From the NCBI GenBank assembly GCA_045837725.1, contig JBEWZL010000278.1, positions 124,001 to 188,000 on the forward strand: a DNA stretch of 64,000 bases. The letters are read 5' to 3'. The DNA comes from Vermamoeba vermiformis (lineage: Eukaryota). Of the stretch, positions 62,470 to 64,000 are shown in pieces. Both the position numbers and the translations under genes were made by a program. Positions within the stretch are counted from its first letter, which is position 1; each line of letters begins with the position of its first letter. The notes under the pieces were generated by a model. The model was given only the letters and a program-made list of their open reading frames with translations, did no database searches and was not told the DNA's origin.

Positions 62470-64000
62470 ATGGATCTTATTAACGAAGTAATCGAAACGG
62501 TGAGAAAAGAAGGTTAGTGTGGATCGAGTTCTGTAAACGCCTATGATTTTTTAAAATTATGATCTTGATCTAATGAATATATAGGGTCGTGTACACATGC
62601 TGCAGCGACGTTCGGAGATCAAATAAAAATGACAAATTGGACACCGAAGTTGAAAGAGCTTTTTGCACTTCTGGCCCAGCTTATAGAGGAAGAAGATGCT
62701 GTTATATACAATTTATTACGAGTATTATATTTATGCGAAGCACCGGGGTTTATCAGGAAAGACGTTGTTTTGACGAATCCGCCAAGGAGGAATCTGCTCG
62801 AGAGCGTGAGTTACCCGACTCTCCCAAATCAATTAACTAACGATATTTTATAGGCCATATATTCAGAGAATTGGAATATCGCAAATTTTCTTGTTAAATT
62901 CGCTGTTGAGAGAGATGCGAAACTGCTCGAAAAGGATGAGTTTTGGGAGCCGCAGTTGGAATGCAAAGCAACGCCAGATCAATGGGGCAAAGCTCTTCGT
63001 ACGTATTAATATTTCGTAGTATAATTTTATGCTAATGTGTAATTAGAACTGATGGCCAAATCGTGCGCTTCTTCTCGCGTGCTTCAAGGTGGTGTTTCGA
63101 ACAGTAATTTAGCTCATCTATGGACAGCTCGTCTTAAAATCTTCAAATCTGTGATTGAGAACGGCTATGTGAATCTATTAGACTTGCTAAAGTATCCATC
63201 AGCGTTCATGTTGATGGTCAGACTCGGTGCAGATCTGCCTCCTCAAAACACCAAAAAAGGTAATTTGATCGTAATTTACAACTTAATTAATGAACTCACA
63301 CGTTGACTACAGGTTATAATATGACACTTCCGTATTGTGTATGGAGTTCACGCATGAAAAAACATAAGCGGATTCACTTGTTGCGTTTTCTCGATTCCGT
63401 TGATCCAACACTTTTTGACGTGCCATGTGGTCCCAACAATGTCAAGCTCGCTTATGAGTGCTGGAAAGCGAGCGATTTAGCCATCATTCGAAGTGTCCCA
63501 GCACTTTCTAAGACAAAAATTGACAGTCAGTAGAAATGTCAAAATGACTCTTTGCAAAGCCGGATCTAACCACCAGTTTTATCGTAGTGCATATGAAAGA
63601 CCGGAGAGGACGAGGAATAGGCGATTATTTACATCCTAAGAAAATACTTGCCGATAATATTAAATCAGAAGAGCGATTCGATTATGCCATCACGTAAGCC
63701 CACGTGGCCTCGTAACATTGATACTTAAAAGAAAAAAGGGTTTGTTTTTTTTTGCCTTCATTTTTCAAGCGCTGTTGTCAAAGGCAAAATTCCAGTAATT
63801 AATTATTTATTCCAACTTGATACTGGTGCCGTCACGCAATTCTTTTGCGCTTATCCTGGTACGTTCAATTCGATAATTGTAAACTAACTACTAACGTGCG
63901 TGATGGTTTAGAGCTAATGAAGGCGTTGGAAATATTAATACTAAAAGACAAACAAGTCTTATCAAAGCTGTTGGAGACTACGACAGATCAGTTCTTGGTG
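62470..64000 (+). CDS. Tandem paralog of 59316-62372 (N-terminal part; truncated by window end)
   Basis: Same exon pattern. Shared WNIANFLVKFA, LEKDEFW, KATPDQWGKA, LLKYPSAFML, DPxxFDxPCGPNNV, with identical nucleotide blocks. Confidence 0.75.

Noticed and set aside
1-64000. CRISPR arrays, rRNA, tRNA, transposase/reverse-transcriptase or viral insertions
   Set aside because: No repeat-spacer arrays, rRNA or tRNA signatures, TIR/LTR pairs or mobile-element ORFs were recognised. The window is intron-rich host sequence throughout.

Overview
Gene-dense eukaryotic nuclear DNA with many short, AT-rich GT-AG introns and CTAAC/CTAAT branch points. The gene content (RasGEF, TK-type receptor kinases, many F-box/LRR genes, DUSE-like snRNA promoter) fits a free-living amoeboid protist, most likely Amoebozoa (inference). 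About 28 intron-containing protein genes were reconstructed by hand, including SDHB, DPM3, UBA1, THUMPD1-like, PIG-X-like, RasGEF and a PX-domain gene. Scattered single-base frameshifts look like long-read errors. Highlights: (1) a complete U1 snRNA gene with its own promoter element, nested sense inside intron 1 of an EMI1/C22orf39-like gene; (2) an AT-AC minor-spliceosome (U12) intron at the human PTEN intron-1 position in a PTEN-like pseudophosphatase; (3) an RCC1-chromo-chromo-BAH multivalent chromatin reader; (4) a cNMP-binding-domain/D-lactate dehydrogenase fusion; (5) tandem Kelch-ectodomain receptor tyrosine kinases; (6) a highly structured RasGEF intron whose branch point lies inside a hairpin; (7) several unusual cullin-adaptor architectures and three recurrent non-coding motifs. 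All calls come from manual reading; no database searches were run.
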